Shown here: in pieces, positions 28,730-40,603 of the stretch | Layout of the letters: every line of letters begins with the position of its first letter | Position numbering within the stretch: the first letter of the stretch is position 1 | Source of the DNA: Nitrospinota bacterium | GTDB taxonomy: Bacteria; UBA8248 | Reading direction: 5' to 3' | Assembly (NCBI GenBank): GCA_030754595.1 | Contig: JASLZZ010000126.1 | Coordinates: forward strand, 23,135-87,134 | Length of the DNA stretch: 64,000 bases | The notes under the pieces: generated by a model | Seen by the model: only the letters and a program-made list of their open reading frames with translations | The model's database searches: none | Told to the model about the DNA's origin: nothing | Translations under genes and position numbers: made by a program

Positions 28730-29391
28730 AGCTCCTCTCCGTCAACGTCTCAGGGCCGCGCGTCGTTTTCCACAAATTCCGGCCCGTCCGGACCGGCATC
28801 TTCAAGAAACCGGTCGGCGGCCGCGTCATGATGCGAAAGCTCAACATCGAGGGCGACGGGCAGGCGGACCTGAAAAACCACGGCGGCGAATACAAGGCGG
28901 CCTACGCCTACGATGTACGAAACTACGCGCACTGGCGAAAAGAGCTGGTCCGGGATGACTTTTCCCACGGCCAGTTCGGCGAGAACCTCACCACCGAGGG
29001 GATGGACGACGACGCGGTGTGCGTCGGCGACATCTTCCGGATCGGAGGGGCGGTGGCCGAGGTGAGCCAGCCCCGAAATCCTTGCTACAAGCTCGGCCTC
29101 CGGATGGAGGACGAAGCTTTCGTCCGGCGGTTCTTGGAGAGCTGCCTTCTCGGAATCTACTTTCGCGTCATTGAGGAAGGGGAGATCGGCGCGGGCGACT
29201 CCATCGAGCGCCTCGAAGCGGACCCCGAGGGGATCACCGTCCGCGAGATGGCCCGTCTCAGGAACTACGGCGCGGGCGACCTCGAAACGACGCGGAGGGC
29301 GCTCCGCATCCCCCACCTTGCCCCCGAAATCAGAGGCGAATTCGAAAGACGGCTGGAAAAGGCGGGCGGGCCGGGCGAGGCCGTCGAATAA
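28726..29391 (+). CDS. MOSC-domain protein with C-terminal 3-alpha domain (YiiM-like)
   Basis: GDGQAD, HGG, FGENL, SQPRNPCYKL. Confidence 0.9.
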   Translation: MKLLSVNVSGPRVVFHKFRPVRTGIFKKPVGGRVMMRKLNIEGDGQADLKNHGGEYKAAYAYDVRNYAHWRKELVRDDFSHGQFGENLTTEGMDDDAVCVGDIFRIGGAVAEVSQPRNPCYKLGLRMEDEAFVRRFLESCLLGIYFRVIEEGEIGAGDSIERLEADPEGITVREMARLRNYGAGDLETTRRALRIPHLAPEIRGEFERRLEKAGGPGEAVE

Positions 29392-29399
29392 ACGGACGG

Positions 29400-30527
29400 A
29401 TGACCGGGCGAAAAAGAGGCATTGTGAGAAACGGGGCGCTCGCGCTCTGCCTGTCGATCCTCGCCGCCGGCTGCTCGGGTGGAGATGATTTCTCCGGCAC
29501 CGGCACGATGACGGCCCCGCGTCACGGGCACACCGCCACCCTTCTCGACGCGGGCCGCATATTCATCGCGGCGGGCCTGACGAAAACCGACCCCCTCGGC
29601 TCGGCCGAGTTCTACGGGGCCGCCGAGGGGCGCTTCATGGCGCTGCCCACGCCGGGCCTTCGCCCGAGGGGCTGGCACCGCGCCGCCCGCCTCCCGGGGG
29701 GCGGCGTCCTCCTCACCGGCGGATGGACCCACGGCAACATCGCGCTCCGCGAGGCGGCGATCCTCCCGCCCTCGGGGGGCGCGTTCGCCCGCGCCGATAT
29801 GAACGCCGCCCGCTTCGATCACACCCTGACCGCTCTCAAGGACGGAAGCTACCTCGTTACCGGCGGAAACGACGGGAAGCGCGCTATCCGGGGGATGGAG
29901 ATTTTCTCGCCGCACGAGAAATCCTTCGCCCCCGCGGCCCGGCCCATGTTCATCGCCCGCCAGCAGCACACCGCAACCCTCTTGCCGGACGGTTCGGTCC
30001 TCATCGCCGGGGGCGGGCGGGGCAAAGGGGCGCGCTACGCTGAAATTTATGACGCGGCGAGCCGCCGGACAGGGCTGGCGCGCAAAGCCCTCTCCACCCC
30101 TAGGAGCCGCCACACCGCGACCCTTCTCCGGGGCGGGAAGGTCTTGATCGCGGGGGGACTCGGCCCCGCCGGACCTCTCGCCACGGCCGAACTCTACGAC
30201 CCGGTCTCTTCTTCTTTTGAGTTGATCAAGGAAAAATTCTCCGCCGCGCGGCAACAGCACACCGCCACCCTGCTGCCGGACGGGCGGGTGCTCCTTCTCG
30301 GGGGCTGGGGAGGCGAAAAGTCGCTCGCGGGAGGAGAGATTTTCGATCCCGAAGGGAGGTGCTTCCGGCCGCTGGGGTCATCGATGCGCTACGAGCGGCG
30401 GCTCCACACGGCGACGCCACTCCCCGGCGGGCGCGTTCTCATCGCCGGCGGCGCCTCGGATATCGATGTCCTCGCCTCGGCCGAAATTTTCAAGGCGCCC
30501 CCTCGTGGAGAGGGCTGCGGAAAATAA
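29400..30527 (+). CDS. Kelch-repeat beta-propeller lipoprotein
   Basis: lipobox LAAGC; seven R..HTATLL..G.VL..GG repeats. Confidence 0.88.
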   Translation: MTGRKRGIVRNGALALCLSILAAGCSGGDDFSGTGTMTAPRHGHTATLLDAGRIFIAAGLTKTDPLGSAEFYGAAEGRFMALPTPGLRPRGWHRAARLPGGGVLLTGGWTHGNIALREAAILPPSGGAFARADMNAARFDHTLTALKDGSYLVTGGNDGKRAIRGMEIFSPHEKSFAPAARPMFIARQQHTATLLPDGSVLIAGGGRGKGARYAEIYDAASRRTGLARKALSTPRSRHTATLLRGGKVLIAGGLGPAGPLATAELYDPVSSSFELIKEKFSAARQQHTATLLPDGRVLLLGGWGGEKSLAGGEIFDPEGRCFRPLGSSMRYERRLHTATPLPGGRVLIAGGASDIDVLASAEIFKAPPRGEGCGK

Positions 30528-30557
30528 ATTCCCGGCCCCTCAGACTATCTTTTCCGA

Positions 30558-31403
30558 TCACACAGCCGGGACTTTTTGATCGAACCGCACGACGGGCGAG
30601 CCGACGCCGACGATGCCCTCGTAGCTGAGGACCGAGGCCGAGAGATCGCCCCTCATCGCGCCGAAAAGCATGTAAAGCCCGTGGAGCCCGCCCGCCTCGA
30701 GTTCGCCCTCGGCAATTTCCCCGTCCGGCAGCCGGAAAATTTCCGAGAGATCTCCATCGGTGAGAATTTTCATAAACTTGCGGTCCCACACCTCGCCCTC
30801 GGGCCAGAGCGCGTCCGGGCTATCGAATACGAACCGGTGGGAGAGGGTTCCGCTGGCGATGAATACCGCGCGGCGGCCGCTCCGGGTAATCTCCCGGCCG
30901 ACGATCTCACCCCACCTCCGGCTCCGCTCGGGGGAGCCTTCCTCGTTCGATAGAAGGATCACCGGGATTCGCCCGTCGGGGTCGAGATACATGATCGGCA
31001 CGATGGAGCCGTGATCGAGGGACTCGGGGGTCGCCTCGAACTGAACGTCCAGGCCCGCCTCCTTTCCCGCCTCCGAGATGCGCTCGGCGAGTTCGGCGTC
31101 GCCGGAAAAGTCGTAGGGCACCGGGGGCAGGTCCCGGCGGTGCTCGGGGGGCAGCGCCGCGTGAATATGGGGGAGAAATTCATCAAGGGTCCCGGTGTAG
31201 CGAGGCGCCCCGCCCACCCGGAGTATCGAGAGCAACGGCCAGTGAGGCGAGGCCACGACCATGACGTCGGGCGCAAAATCCGCGATCACATCCTTCACCT
31301 GACGGTAGGCCGAGGTGGTTTTTTGGTGGTGGCCTTCCTCTATCTCCCCCGCGACCATGATCCACGGATGGGGCACCATGAAGCCGAGTTCCATGCCGGA
31401 CAT
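30558..31403 (-). CDS. LigB/DODA-type extradiol ring-cleavage dioxygenase
   Basis: VPH, SPHW, LDHG, ASGTLSH motifs. Confidence 0.85.
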   Translation of the reverse strand: MSGMELGFMVPHPWIMVAGEIEEGHHQKTTSAYRQVKDVIADFAPDVMVVASPHWPLLSILRVGGAPRYTGTLDEFLPHIHAALPPEHRRDLPPVPYDFSGDAELAERISEAGKEAGLDVQFEATPESLDHGSIVPIMYLDPDGRIPVILLSNEEGSPERSRRWGEIVGREITRSGRRAVFIASGTLSHRFVFDSPDALWPEGEVWDRKFMKILTDGDLSEIFRLPDGEIAEGELEAGGLHGLYMLFGAMRGDLSASVLSYEGIVGVGSPVVRFDQKVPAV

Positions 31404-31589
31404 AAAAAAAACCTCCCTTAGAACCAAGGTCTAGAGATCCAAGACCTGGAAATGAGACGAAAAGAACAAAAAAGAAAAAATAATCATTTATTAGTCTCCC
31501 CGCAAGCCCCCTCGCCCGGATCGCGCCGGGAAAAATCCCCCGGGCGGAACGTGAGAGCTAAAGAGCCCGCTTTCGACTATATTAGAGTC

Positions 31590-32684
31590 ATGGACGATTA
31601 CAGGAATTTTGAGCTTAAAAGCCCGCGCAGGCGAATGAGTAAAAAGAAGTATGCGGCCTTCGCCGCCGCGGTTTTTTTTATTTCCGCCGGGGCCTTAATC
31701 GCCACGTTCGCCGCCGGGGACTGGTATGTCCACCAGAAACTTCAAAAAAAAGGGATGTACAACATCTGGGGGTACCGGGGACCGGTGGCCGGGCCGAAAA
31801 AGCGGGGCGAGTTTCGCATCGCCGTCCTCGGGGGGAGTACGGCGCTGGGCTACGGAGCGCCGGTGGGCCAATCGTTCCCCGCCCACCTCGAGCGGATGCT
31901 CAATGAAAAACCCCGGAAGGGTGGCCCCGAATTCTACAGCGTCGTCAACCTCGCCTGGAACAACGAGGGCGCGCATTCGTTCGTCCACACCCTCAAGGAC
32001 TACGCCTATCTGAGCTACGACGCCGTAATCTTCTACACGGGCTATAACGACCTCATCGGAAAAAACCTGGCCGTCTTCCGGCATCGCTCCCCCGTATTCA
32101 AGCTGACGGGCTACATGCCCCTCCTGCCCGGGATGATGCTCGACAAGGCGAAGATGCTCAGACTGGGCCTCAGCATAGACGATATCAATATGGGAAGGAA
32201 AAGGACCAATTTCTCGCCCGGCATCCTGGACCGGACAAAAGCTGCCGCCCTTGAACTCGGGGGAGAGATCGCCCGGTCCCTCGAAAAGCAGCTCGGGAGG
32301 CTCACCGCCTCGGGCCGGATCGAAGCGGAAAGCCGGGAGGAGGGGTGCGGAAAAAGGTGGGCGTTTTATTGCGGCGAGGTCCACGCGGCGGCACGCTACG
32401 CTCTGGAGAAGGGGGCGGCCCTCGCCGTCGTCATCCAGCCCTATGTCTCGGACAACCACATCGCCCAGCAAAAGACGCTGGAGGAAATGCTGCGCCAGCG
32501 GTTCGGGGGCGAGCCCCGGCTGGCCCATTTCAACCTAGGAGAGGCGGTGGACCTCAAGGACCGCGGCCTCGCCTTCGACGGCATCCACCTCACCTCCCGC
32601 GGCAACGAGATCGTCGCGAAAAACATCGCCGCGGCGATGATGGATTTTCTGAGAAAACAAAACCGGTCCAACAGATCGAAATAA
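31590..32684 (+). CDS. membrane-anchored SGNH/GDSL hydrolase-like protein
   Basis: N-terminal TM, LGGSTALG, GYND, DGIH; start uncertain. Confidence 0.75.
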   Translation: MDDYRNFELKSPRRRMSKKKYAAFAAAVFFISAGALIATFAAGDWYVHQKLQKKGMYNIWGYRGPVAGPKKRGEFRIAVLGGSTALGYGAPVGQSFPAHLERMLNEKPRKGGPEFYSVVNLAWNNEGAHSFVHTLKDYAYLSYDAVIFYTGYNDLIGKNLAVFRHRSPVFKLTGYMPLLPGMMLDKAKMLRLGLSIDDINMGRKRTNFSPGILDRTKAAALELGGEIARSLEKQLGRLTASGRIEAESREEGCGKRWAFYCGEVHAAARYALEKGAALAVVIQPYVSDNHIAQQKTLEEMLRQRFGGEPRLAHFNLGEAVDLKDRGLAFDGIHLTSRGNEIVAKNIAAAMMDFLRKQNRSNRSK

Positions 32685-32718
32685 AAAAAGGGGCGGCCCC
32701 GGTGGAGGGCCGCCCCTT
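32683..32718 (-). terminator. rho-independent terminator of acs
   Basis: AAGGGGCGGCCC/GGGCCGCCCCTT stem with T-tract on the minus strand. Confidence 0.8.
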
Positions 32719-32761
32719 CAATTTCACAACTTCGGCGTTTTCGCGCCGCTTCTAGAGAAGC

Positions 32762-34717
<1,956 letters not shown>

Positions 34718-34876
34718 ATGACTTTCCCCCGGTGTGGCGATGAATTGATAATGCGTAACGCGAACTTCAGAAACAGGCCCATTGTTGGGGATTCCGGGGG
34801 ATTTCTCAAGTCTCCGAGGGGGTGCGAAGCGCCCCTGCAGGAGAAAAAAGCGCTCCGGCGGAGGGGGCGGAAAATC

Positions 34877-35497
34877 TCAGGCGCCCAGCGCCCGGCGTAC
34901 CTCCTCGGCCGCCCGGGCCGGGTCCGCCGCACCGAGGATGGCACCGATGACGGCCACCCCGTGCGCCCCGGCCTCGATGCAGGCGGCGGCGTTCTCGGCC
35001 CCCACCCCGCCGAGGGCGTAGACCGGCCCGCCGCAGGCCTGAACGTCGAACCGAAAACCATCGAGACCCAGGATCGGGCCCGAGGAGAATTTACTCCGCG
35101 TAGGAAAAACCGGGCTCAGCGTCACGAAATCGGCCCCGGCCGCAAATGCCTCGGCCGCCTCCCCGCCGCTGTGGGCCGAGTATCCGATCAGCCCCCGGTA
35201 GCCGGCGCGGACGGCCTCGACCGGCTTGGTTGCCTTTCCGAGATGGACCCCCGCCGCCCCGAGTTCCCCGGCCAGCTCCGGCGAGCCGTTGACGATGACG
35301 CGCGCGCCGAACTCACCGGCCAGCGACATCACCTCCCGGCCCAAGTCGAGGCGCTCTTGTCTCGGGAGGTCTTTTTCCCGGAACTGGAGAAATCGCACAC
35401 CGCCCTCAAGAGCGCCCCTAAGCGCTCCGGTGATATCCCCCGAGGGGGGGGCATTCCGGTCCGTGATGAGATAGAGGGGGTCGTGATCGACGCTCAC
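34877..35497 (-). CDS. thiE: thiamine-phosphate synthase (ThiE/TenI family)
   Basis: LYLITD, QFREK, GVHL, SAHS, PVFPT.SK, ALGG; follows thiG. Confidence 0.8.
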   Translation of the reverse strand: MSVDHDPLYLITDRNAPPSGDITGALRGALEGGVRFLQFREKDLPRQERLDLGREVMSLAGEFGARVIVNGSPELAGELGAAGVHLGKATKPVEAVRAGYRGLIGYSAHSGGEAAEAFAAGADFVTLSPVFPTRSKFSSGPILGLDGFRFDVQACGGPVYALGGVGAENAAACIEAGAHGVAVIGAILGAADPARAAEEVRRALGA

Positions 35498-35520
35498 CCG
35501 GGGCCCGCCTTCCCCGGCGG

Positions 35521-36294
35521 TCAGGAGCCGATGACGCCCTCGAGCGGACTCGAGGCCGTCGCGTAGAGTTTCATGGGAATCCGGCCCGCCTCGTAGGCGA
35601 GGCGGCCCGCCTCGACGCCGAGCCGCATGGCGCGGGCCATCTTCACCGGGTCGCCGGCGCCCGCGATGGCCGTCTGCATGAGCACCGCCGTCGAGCCCAA
35701 CTCCATCGCCACAGCGGCGTCCGAGGCCGTCCCCACCCCGGCGTCCACAACCACCGGAATCGAGGACTGCTCCATGATGATCTTGAGATTGTAGGGGTTG
35801 CGGATGCCCATCCCCGAGCCGATCGGCGCCGCCAGCGGCATGACCGCGTGGCAGCCCTGGTCCTCGAGCTTTTTGCAGACGACCGGATCGTCGATGCAGT
35901 AGGGCAGGACGGTGAAGCCGTCGTCCAGCAGAACCCGGCAGGCCTCGAGCAGCCCCTCGTTGTCCGGGAACAGGGTTTTCTCATCGCCGATGACCTCGAC
36001 CTTGACGAAATCGGACCCCGTCGCCTCGCGTCCGAGGCGCGCCGTCGTGACCGCGCTCTTCACGTCAAAACAGCCCGCCGTGTTCGGCAAAATCGTGCAT
36101 TTCTCGCGGTCGAAGTTCGCCCAAAAGCCGTCCTTCGTGTCGTCGTTCAGGTCGGTGCGCCGGATGGCGACGGTGACGATCTCGGCACCGCTCGCCTCGA
36201 TCGCCTCGTGCATGACGTGAAAATCCGAGTATTTTCCCGACCCCACCCAGAGGCGGGAGGTAAACGATCGATCGCCTATCTCGTAGCTGCTCAT
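35521..36294 (-). CDS. thiG: thiazole synthase
   Basis: LPNTAGC, KVEV, VMPL.APIGSG.G, VDAGVG, ASSP. Confidence 0.97.
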   Translation of the reverse strand: MSSYEIGDRSFTSRLWVGSGKYSDFHVMHEAIEASGAEIVTVAIRRTDLNDDTKDGFWANFDREKCTILPNTAGCFDVKSAVTTARLGREATGSDFVKVEVIGDEKTLFPDNEGLLEACRVLLDDGFTVLPYCIDDPVVCKKLEDQGCHAVMPLAAPIGSGMGIRNPYNLKIIMEQSSIPVVVDAGVGTASDAAVAMELGSTAVLMQTAIAGAGDPVKMARAMRLGVEAGRLAYEAGRIPMKLYATASSPLEGVIGS

Positions 36295-36336
36295 GGTTCC
36301 CTCTCCTTGCCCCTTCGGGGGGCGAAACCGAGCGGC

Positions 36337-36537
36337 CTAGCCGCCGCCGACCGCGCGCACGATTTCGATCTCATCGCCCTCTGAGAATTTAACCGCGGCG
36401 TAGTCGCCGCGCCGGACAATATCCATATTGACCGCGACGGCGAGGCCGTTCACCTCGAGGCCGAGCGAATCGAGCAGGTCCGCCACCGTGGCCCCGCTCT
36501 CGACCTCTCTCGCCTCGCCGTTCACCTGAATTTTCAT
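36337..36537 (-). CDS. thiS: sulfur carrier protein ThiS
   Basis: MKIQVNGE...AVAVN...EIVRAVGGG. Confidence 0.95.
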   Translation of the reverse strand: MKIQVNGEAREVESGATVADLLDSLGLEVNGLAVAVNMDIVRRGDYAAVKFSEGDEIEIVRAVGGG

Positions 36538-36554
36538 GTTCGAGCCTTTAACGC

Positions 36555-36590
36555 AAAAAACAAAAAAACCGCTGTCCCCGCGGGAAGCGG
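36555..36590 (-). terminator. riboswitch-controlled intrinsic terminator (attenuator)
   Basis: RNA CCGCU..UCCC/GGGAC..AGCGG followed by U7-G-U6, just upstream of thiS. Confidence 0.75.
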
Positions 36591-36637
36591 CCAAAGAACC
36601 CTGGAAAGAAACTCAAGAGACTTTCCGATTTCTCCGT

Positions 36638-36723
36638 CCCGCTTCCCTTCGCTGGAATTACCCAGATCAGGTTCTAAGGGTTGCCTCTCGTACCGAGGCT
36701 CTCAGATACCCACCCCTAGCAGG
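36638..36723 (-). ncRNA. TPP riboswitch
   Basis: minus strand CTAGGGGTG..CTGAGA..ACCCTTAGAACCTGATCTGGGTAATTCCAGCGAAGGGAAG upstream of thiSGE. Confidence 0.95.
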
Positions 36724-36804
36724 TCTACACAGACGCGATCATACCCCTTGGCCCGCCCCTGTCAATCGGGGCCGGAGCGCTTCCCGCCGGTTGATTAAAC
36801 TCCC

Positions 36805-37809
36805 CTACAAGACCTCGGGTTCGACGGGCCTTCCCTCCTCGGCCGAGCGGACGATGGCCTCGAGGATGGCGACGGCGGCCATGCCCTCCTCGCCGGCGAC
36901 CTCGGGCTTTCGGCCCTCGAGGATGGCGCCGGCGAAATCGTCCATCTCCTCGGCGAGGGAAATGGCGAGTTGTTCCGCGCCGTCCGGCATCGGCAGGCGC
37001 TCGAAGGTATCGGCGTCCTCTCGCTTGAGAGAACACTCGCCCCCGTCCACGTCGAGATAGATGACGCCCTCGGTGCCGTGGACCTGAAAGAAATTCCGAT
37101 CGGGGGTTACCATGGTGCCGCCCAGGTAGCCGAGGGCCCCGCTCTCAAACTCGAGCACCGCCGTCATCACATCGTCGGGTACGGCGGGCCCGCTGAGCTT
37201 GCTTACGAACGCCGAGATTCGCCGGACGGGCCCGACGAGGTGGTTCATGGCGTCGGCCTGGTGGACGGTGAAGCTAGCCAGGGGACCGCCCGGGCTCTCC
37301 TCCTTCGAGTTTCGCCAGAGGCCCTCGATGCGGTAGCTCTGGGGCCGGGATTGATTCGCCTCGGCCAAGACGACCTCGCCGATCGCGCCCGCGCGGATGA
37401 ACTCGGCCGCCTTCCGGTAGCGCGGCGCCCGGCGGGTGTTCTGGCCCACGGCGAGGACTGTGCCGGCCTCCTTGGCGGCGGCGATCATATCGCGACAGTC
37501 GGCTGTCGTGAGCGCCATCGGCTTTTCGACCATGACGTGCTTGCCGCTCCGGGCGGCCTCGATGGCCTGGGGCGGGTGCAGGGAGTTCGGGGTGGTGAGG
37601 ACGACGGCGCCGATGGAATCGTCGGCCAGGATATCTTCGTAGGATTTCATCGGCCGGCCGCCGAAGTTTTTCTCGAACACGGCCATTTTCTCGCCGGACC
37701 TCGAAAGGCCCCCGGCGATCTCTATCCGCCCGCTTTTCTTCGCTCCGGCGGCGAGCTGATCGGACCATCTGCCCAGCCCAACGAACGCCATTCTGACTTT
37801 ATCGCTCAT
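36805..37809 (-). CDS. Gfo/Idh/MocA family oxidoreductase
   Basis: GLGRW, TPNSLH, EKP, WR..GG, H.D motifs. Confidence 0.9.
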   Translation of the reverse strand: MSDKVRMAFVGLGRWSDQLAAGAKKSGRIEIAGGLSRSGEKMAVFEKNFGGRPMKSYEDILADDSIGAVVLTTPNSLHPPQAIEAARSGKHVMVEKPMALTTADCRDMIAAAKEAGTVLAVGQNTRRAPRYRKAAEFIRAGAIGEVVLAEANQSRPQSYRIEGLWRNSKEESPGGPLASFTVHQADAMNHLVGPVRRISAFVSKLSGPAVPDDVMTAVLEFESGALGYLGGTMVTPDRNFFQVHGTEGVIYLDVDGGECSLKREDADTFERLPMPDGAEQLAISLAEEMDDFAGAILEGRKPEVAGEEGMAAVAILEAIVRSAEEGRPVEPEVL

Positions 37810-37851
37810 TTCGGTTCCTTGTCTCTATAGGAGATAGGAGTTCGGGACCGC

Positions 37852-38448
37852 CTACACCAGCCCTTCCATCATGGCGGCGCGGGCCTCCGGGTTGTCCGCT
37901 AATTTTCCGTCCTCGAGCTCGATCCCGAGCCCATTCGCCACGCGGGCGATGAAGTTCCGATAGGCCGACACGGTGGCGATCTCGAGGATCGCCACGTCGT
38001 CGAACCCGTGCGCCCGGAGGTTTTCCACATCGCTCTCGGTCACCGTCCAGGGGGCGAGGGTGATCTTCTCGGCGTACTCGAGCATCGCCAGGTCCTCGGG
38101 GCTCAGGCCGGCGCTCCTGAAATCCTCCTTGAGGGCCAGCGCCTCGGCGGTCCCGTCCCCCTCGCTCACATCACGGAGAAACGCTCCGTGAGAAACCGTT
38201 CAGTAGCGGCACTTGATCATCGAGGAAATCGCCACCGCCAGCATCTCCTCGCGCCGGCGGCCCAGGCTTGTGGCTCCGAAGGTCACCGCGCGCGAAAACG
38301 AATAATAGGCTTTGAGCAGATCGGGCTTGATGCTGTATATCTTTTGGATGTTTCCCACGCCGCCGCCAGTGCGCTTTTTTTGCGCCTCGTAGTGGGCCCT
38401 GACTTCCCCCTCGGCTTCTTGTTCGTCGACCGTCTTGATCCAGGCCAT
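37852..38448 (-). CDS. AhpD/CMD-like peroxidase-related selenoprotein (Sec at codon 83, TGA 38200-38202)
   Basis: MAWIKTV..REEMLAVAISSMIKCRY-TGA-TVSHGAFL.. continues in frame into ORF 37852-38169; AAGGAGG RBS; downstream hairpin. Confidence 0.85.
38171..38191 (-). promoter_or_regulatory. bacterial SECIS-like hairpin
   Basis: RNA UCACGGAG-CGUUU-CUCCGUGA begins 8 nt after UGA; GU in apical loop. Confidence 0.72.
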
Positions 38449-38607
38449 TCTCGCCTCCTTATGGAATCTCCCGCCGCATCCGCGCGGGCCCCTGTGCAAC
38501 CCGCCCTCTTTTCGGGTATGAAGGAAGAACATACTTCGATATCGGTGAGGAAACAAGAAAAGCCCACGGCCGCGCCGTTTCGCCCGGCCTCTGAGAAGGA
38601 GTCCTCC

Positions 38608-39708
38608 ATGAAAGCAGCCGTTTTCTACGAGCCGAACAAACCGCTGGTCATCGAGGAGGTCGAGGTCGACCCCCCGAAGGAGGGCGAGATACTGGTGAAA
38701 ATGGCGGCGGCGGGGGTGTGCCACAGCGACCACCACGCGATGACGGGCGAGATGCCCATCGCCTCGCCGGTCATCCTCGGCCACGAGGGCGCGGGCGTCG
38801 TCGAGGAGGTGGGCCCCGGCGTCATCTCCCTCCAGCCGGGCGACCATGTCGCGAGCGTTTGGCGCTACGCGTGCGGAACCTGCGAATACTGCCTCATCGC
38901 CCGGCCACAGCTTTGCCCGACGAGCGCCCGGATGCGCTCGAACGCCACCCTCTCGGACGGAACCAAGCGCTTCAGGATGGGCAACACCGAAGTCGGCCAC
39001 CACCTGGGCGTCTCGACGTTCAGCGAATACTCGGTGATGAGCGAAAAATCCGCGCTAAAAATCCGCGACGACATGCCCCTCGACAAGGCCGCCGTCGTGA
39101 GTTGTGCGGTGATCACCGGCGTCGGCGCGGTTGTCAACGCCGCAAAGGCGCGGCCGGGCGAGAGCGTCGCCGTCTTCGGGGCGGGAGGCATCGGCCTCAA
39201 CGCCGTCCAGGGCGCCGCGCTGGCCGGGGCCGATCCGATCATCGCGGTCGATGTTTTCCAGAACAAGCTCGACATGGCCAAGAAATTCGGCGCCACCCAC
39301 CTCGTCAACGCTTCGGACGAGGACCCGGTCACCCGCATCCGCGAGCTCACCGGCGGCCAAGGGGCGCACCACGCCATCGAGGCCATCGGCAACACCGAGG
39401 TCGCCACACAGTGCTTCAACGCCATCCGCCCCGGGGGTACGGCGGTGATGATCGGCATCACGAGCCCCAAGGCGGCCGCCGCGATTCCGACTCTCGACCT
39501 CGTCACCCAGGAGAAAAAACTCGTCGGCTCCCTCTACGGCTCCTCGGTGCCGCGCCATATGGTGCCGCGCTTGATCGAGCTCTACATGGCCGGAAAGCTC
39601 AACCTCGATGACTTGCTCACGCGCTCCTACCCGCTCGACCGGATCAACGAGGCCTACGAGGCCCTCATCGCGGGTGAGGTGGCCCGGAGCGTCATCGCCT
39701 ACGACTGA
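38608..39708 (+). CDS. zinc-dependent alcohol dehydrogenase (class III-like MDR)
   Basis: GVCHSD, GHEG, CxxCxxCx7C, SCAVITG, GAGGIG. Confidence 0.92.
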   Translation: MKAAVFYEPNKPLVIEEVEVDPPKEGEILVKMAAAGVCHSDHHAMTGEMPIASPVILGHEGAGVVEEVGPGVISLQPGDHVASVWRYACGTCEYCLIARPQLCPTSARMRSNATLSDGTKRFRMGNTEVGHHLGVSTFSEYSVMSEKSALKIRDDMPLDKAAVVSCAVITGVGAVVNAAKARPGESVAVFGAGGIGLNAVQGAALAGADPIIAVDVFQNKLDMAKKFGATHLVNASDEDPVTRIRELTGGQGAHHAIEAIGNTEVATQCFNAIRPGGTAVMIGITSPKAAAAIPTLDLVTQEKKLVGSLYGSSVPRHMVPRLIELYMAGKLNLDDLLTRSYPLDRINEAYEALIAGEVARSVIAYD

Positions 39709-39748
39709 TTGGCGACGCCCCAGCGGAAGGTGTGGCATAATTCTCCGC

Positions 39749-40603
39749 ATGAAACGCAAGCTGATTCACTTCGCGATCCTCCCAGCCCTCGCCCTGATGC
39801 TGGCCGGATGCACCCTCCGGCAGGCGGTGGCCCGGTCCTCGGCCGCCGTTCTCGACGACATGATCGCTGCGCTGAACGCGGAGCCCGACCCGGGGCACGC
39901 CAGGGAGGCGACCGCCTCGCTGCTCGTCATGATCGAGGGCTTCGTTCGCGCCGACCCCGGAAACGCCAGGCTCCGCCGCTCCGCCGCCCAGGCCTACGGC
40001 GGCTTTGCCTTCGGGTTTCTCGAAAAAGAGGAGCCCGCCCGAGCCCGGCGGCTTTACCTGAGGGGCCGCGACCACGGACTCAGCGCCCTCGGGCTCGCAT
40101 CGGGGGCGAAGGAAACCGCCTTCCGCGCCGCGCTCGGCCACGTCGGCCGGGACCGGCTGGCCCTTCTGTTCTGGACGGCCTACTGCTGGAGCGGGTGGAT
40201 CAACATGAGCCGCCAGGACCCCGACGCCGTGGCCGACCTGCCCCGAGTCGAGGCGATGATGGCCCGCGCCCGCTTGGTCGACCCCGGATATTTCCACGGC
40301 GGGCCCGAGCTTTTCTTCGGGGTCTACTGGGGCAGCCGCTCCCGCCTCATGGGCGGAGACCCCAAAAAGGCTAGGGCCGCCTTCGCCCGCGCCGTCTCGG
40401 CCTCGAAGGGTCGCTTTCTGATGGCGAAGCTTCTCTTCGCGCGCCACTTCGCCGTCCAGGCGCAGGACAAAAAACTGTTCACCCGCCTGCTCGGTGAGAT
40501 CGAAAAGGCGCCCGAGGGCCTCCTGCCCGCCCAGGCGCTGGCCAACGCACTCGCCCGCCGCCGCGCCCGTGAGCTTCGCGAGCGGATGGAAGAGTTGTTT
40601 TGA
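39749..40603 (+). CDS. TRAP transporter TatT component (lipoprotein)
   Basis: lipobox LAGC; helical TPR-like, YLRGRD.G, YFHGG, GGD, AVQ.QD; precedes dctPQM. Confidence 0.82.
   Translation: MKRKLIHFAILPALALMLAGCTLRQAVARSSAAVLDDMIAALNAEPDPGHAREATASLLVMIEGFVRADPGNARLRRSAAQAYGGFAFGFLEKEEPARARRLYLRGRDHGLSALGLASGAKETAFRAALGHVGRDRLALLFWTAYCWSGWINMSRQDPDAVADLPRVEAMMARARLVDPGYFHGGPELFFGVYWGSRSRLMGGDPKKARAAFARAVSASKGRFLMAKLLFARHFAVQAQDKKLFTRLLGEIEKAPEGLLPAQALANALARRRARELRERMEELF

Noticed and set aside
38008..38607. 200-aa N-terminal extension of the ADH ORF (566 aa in track)
   Set aside because: Antisense to the selenoprotein; the true start MKAAVF at 38608 has an AAGGAG RBS
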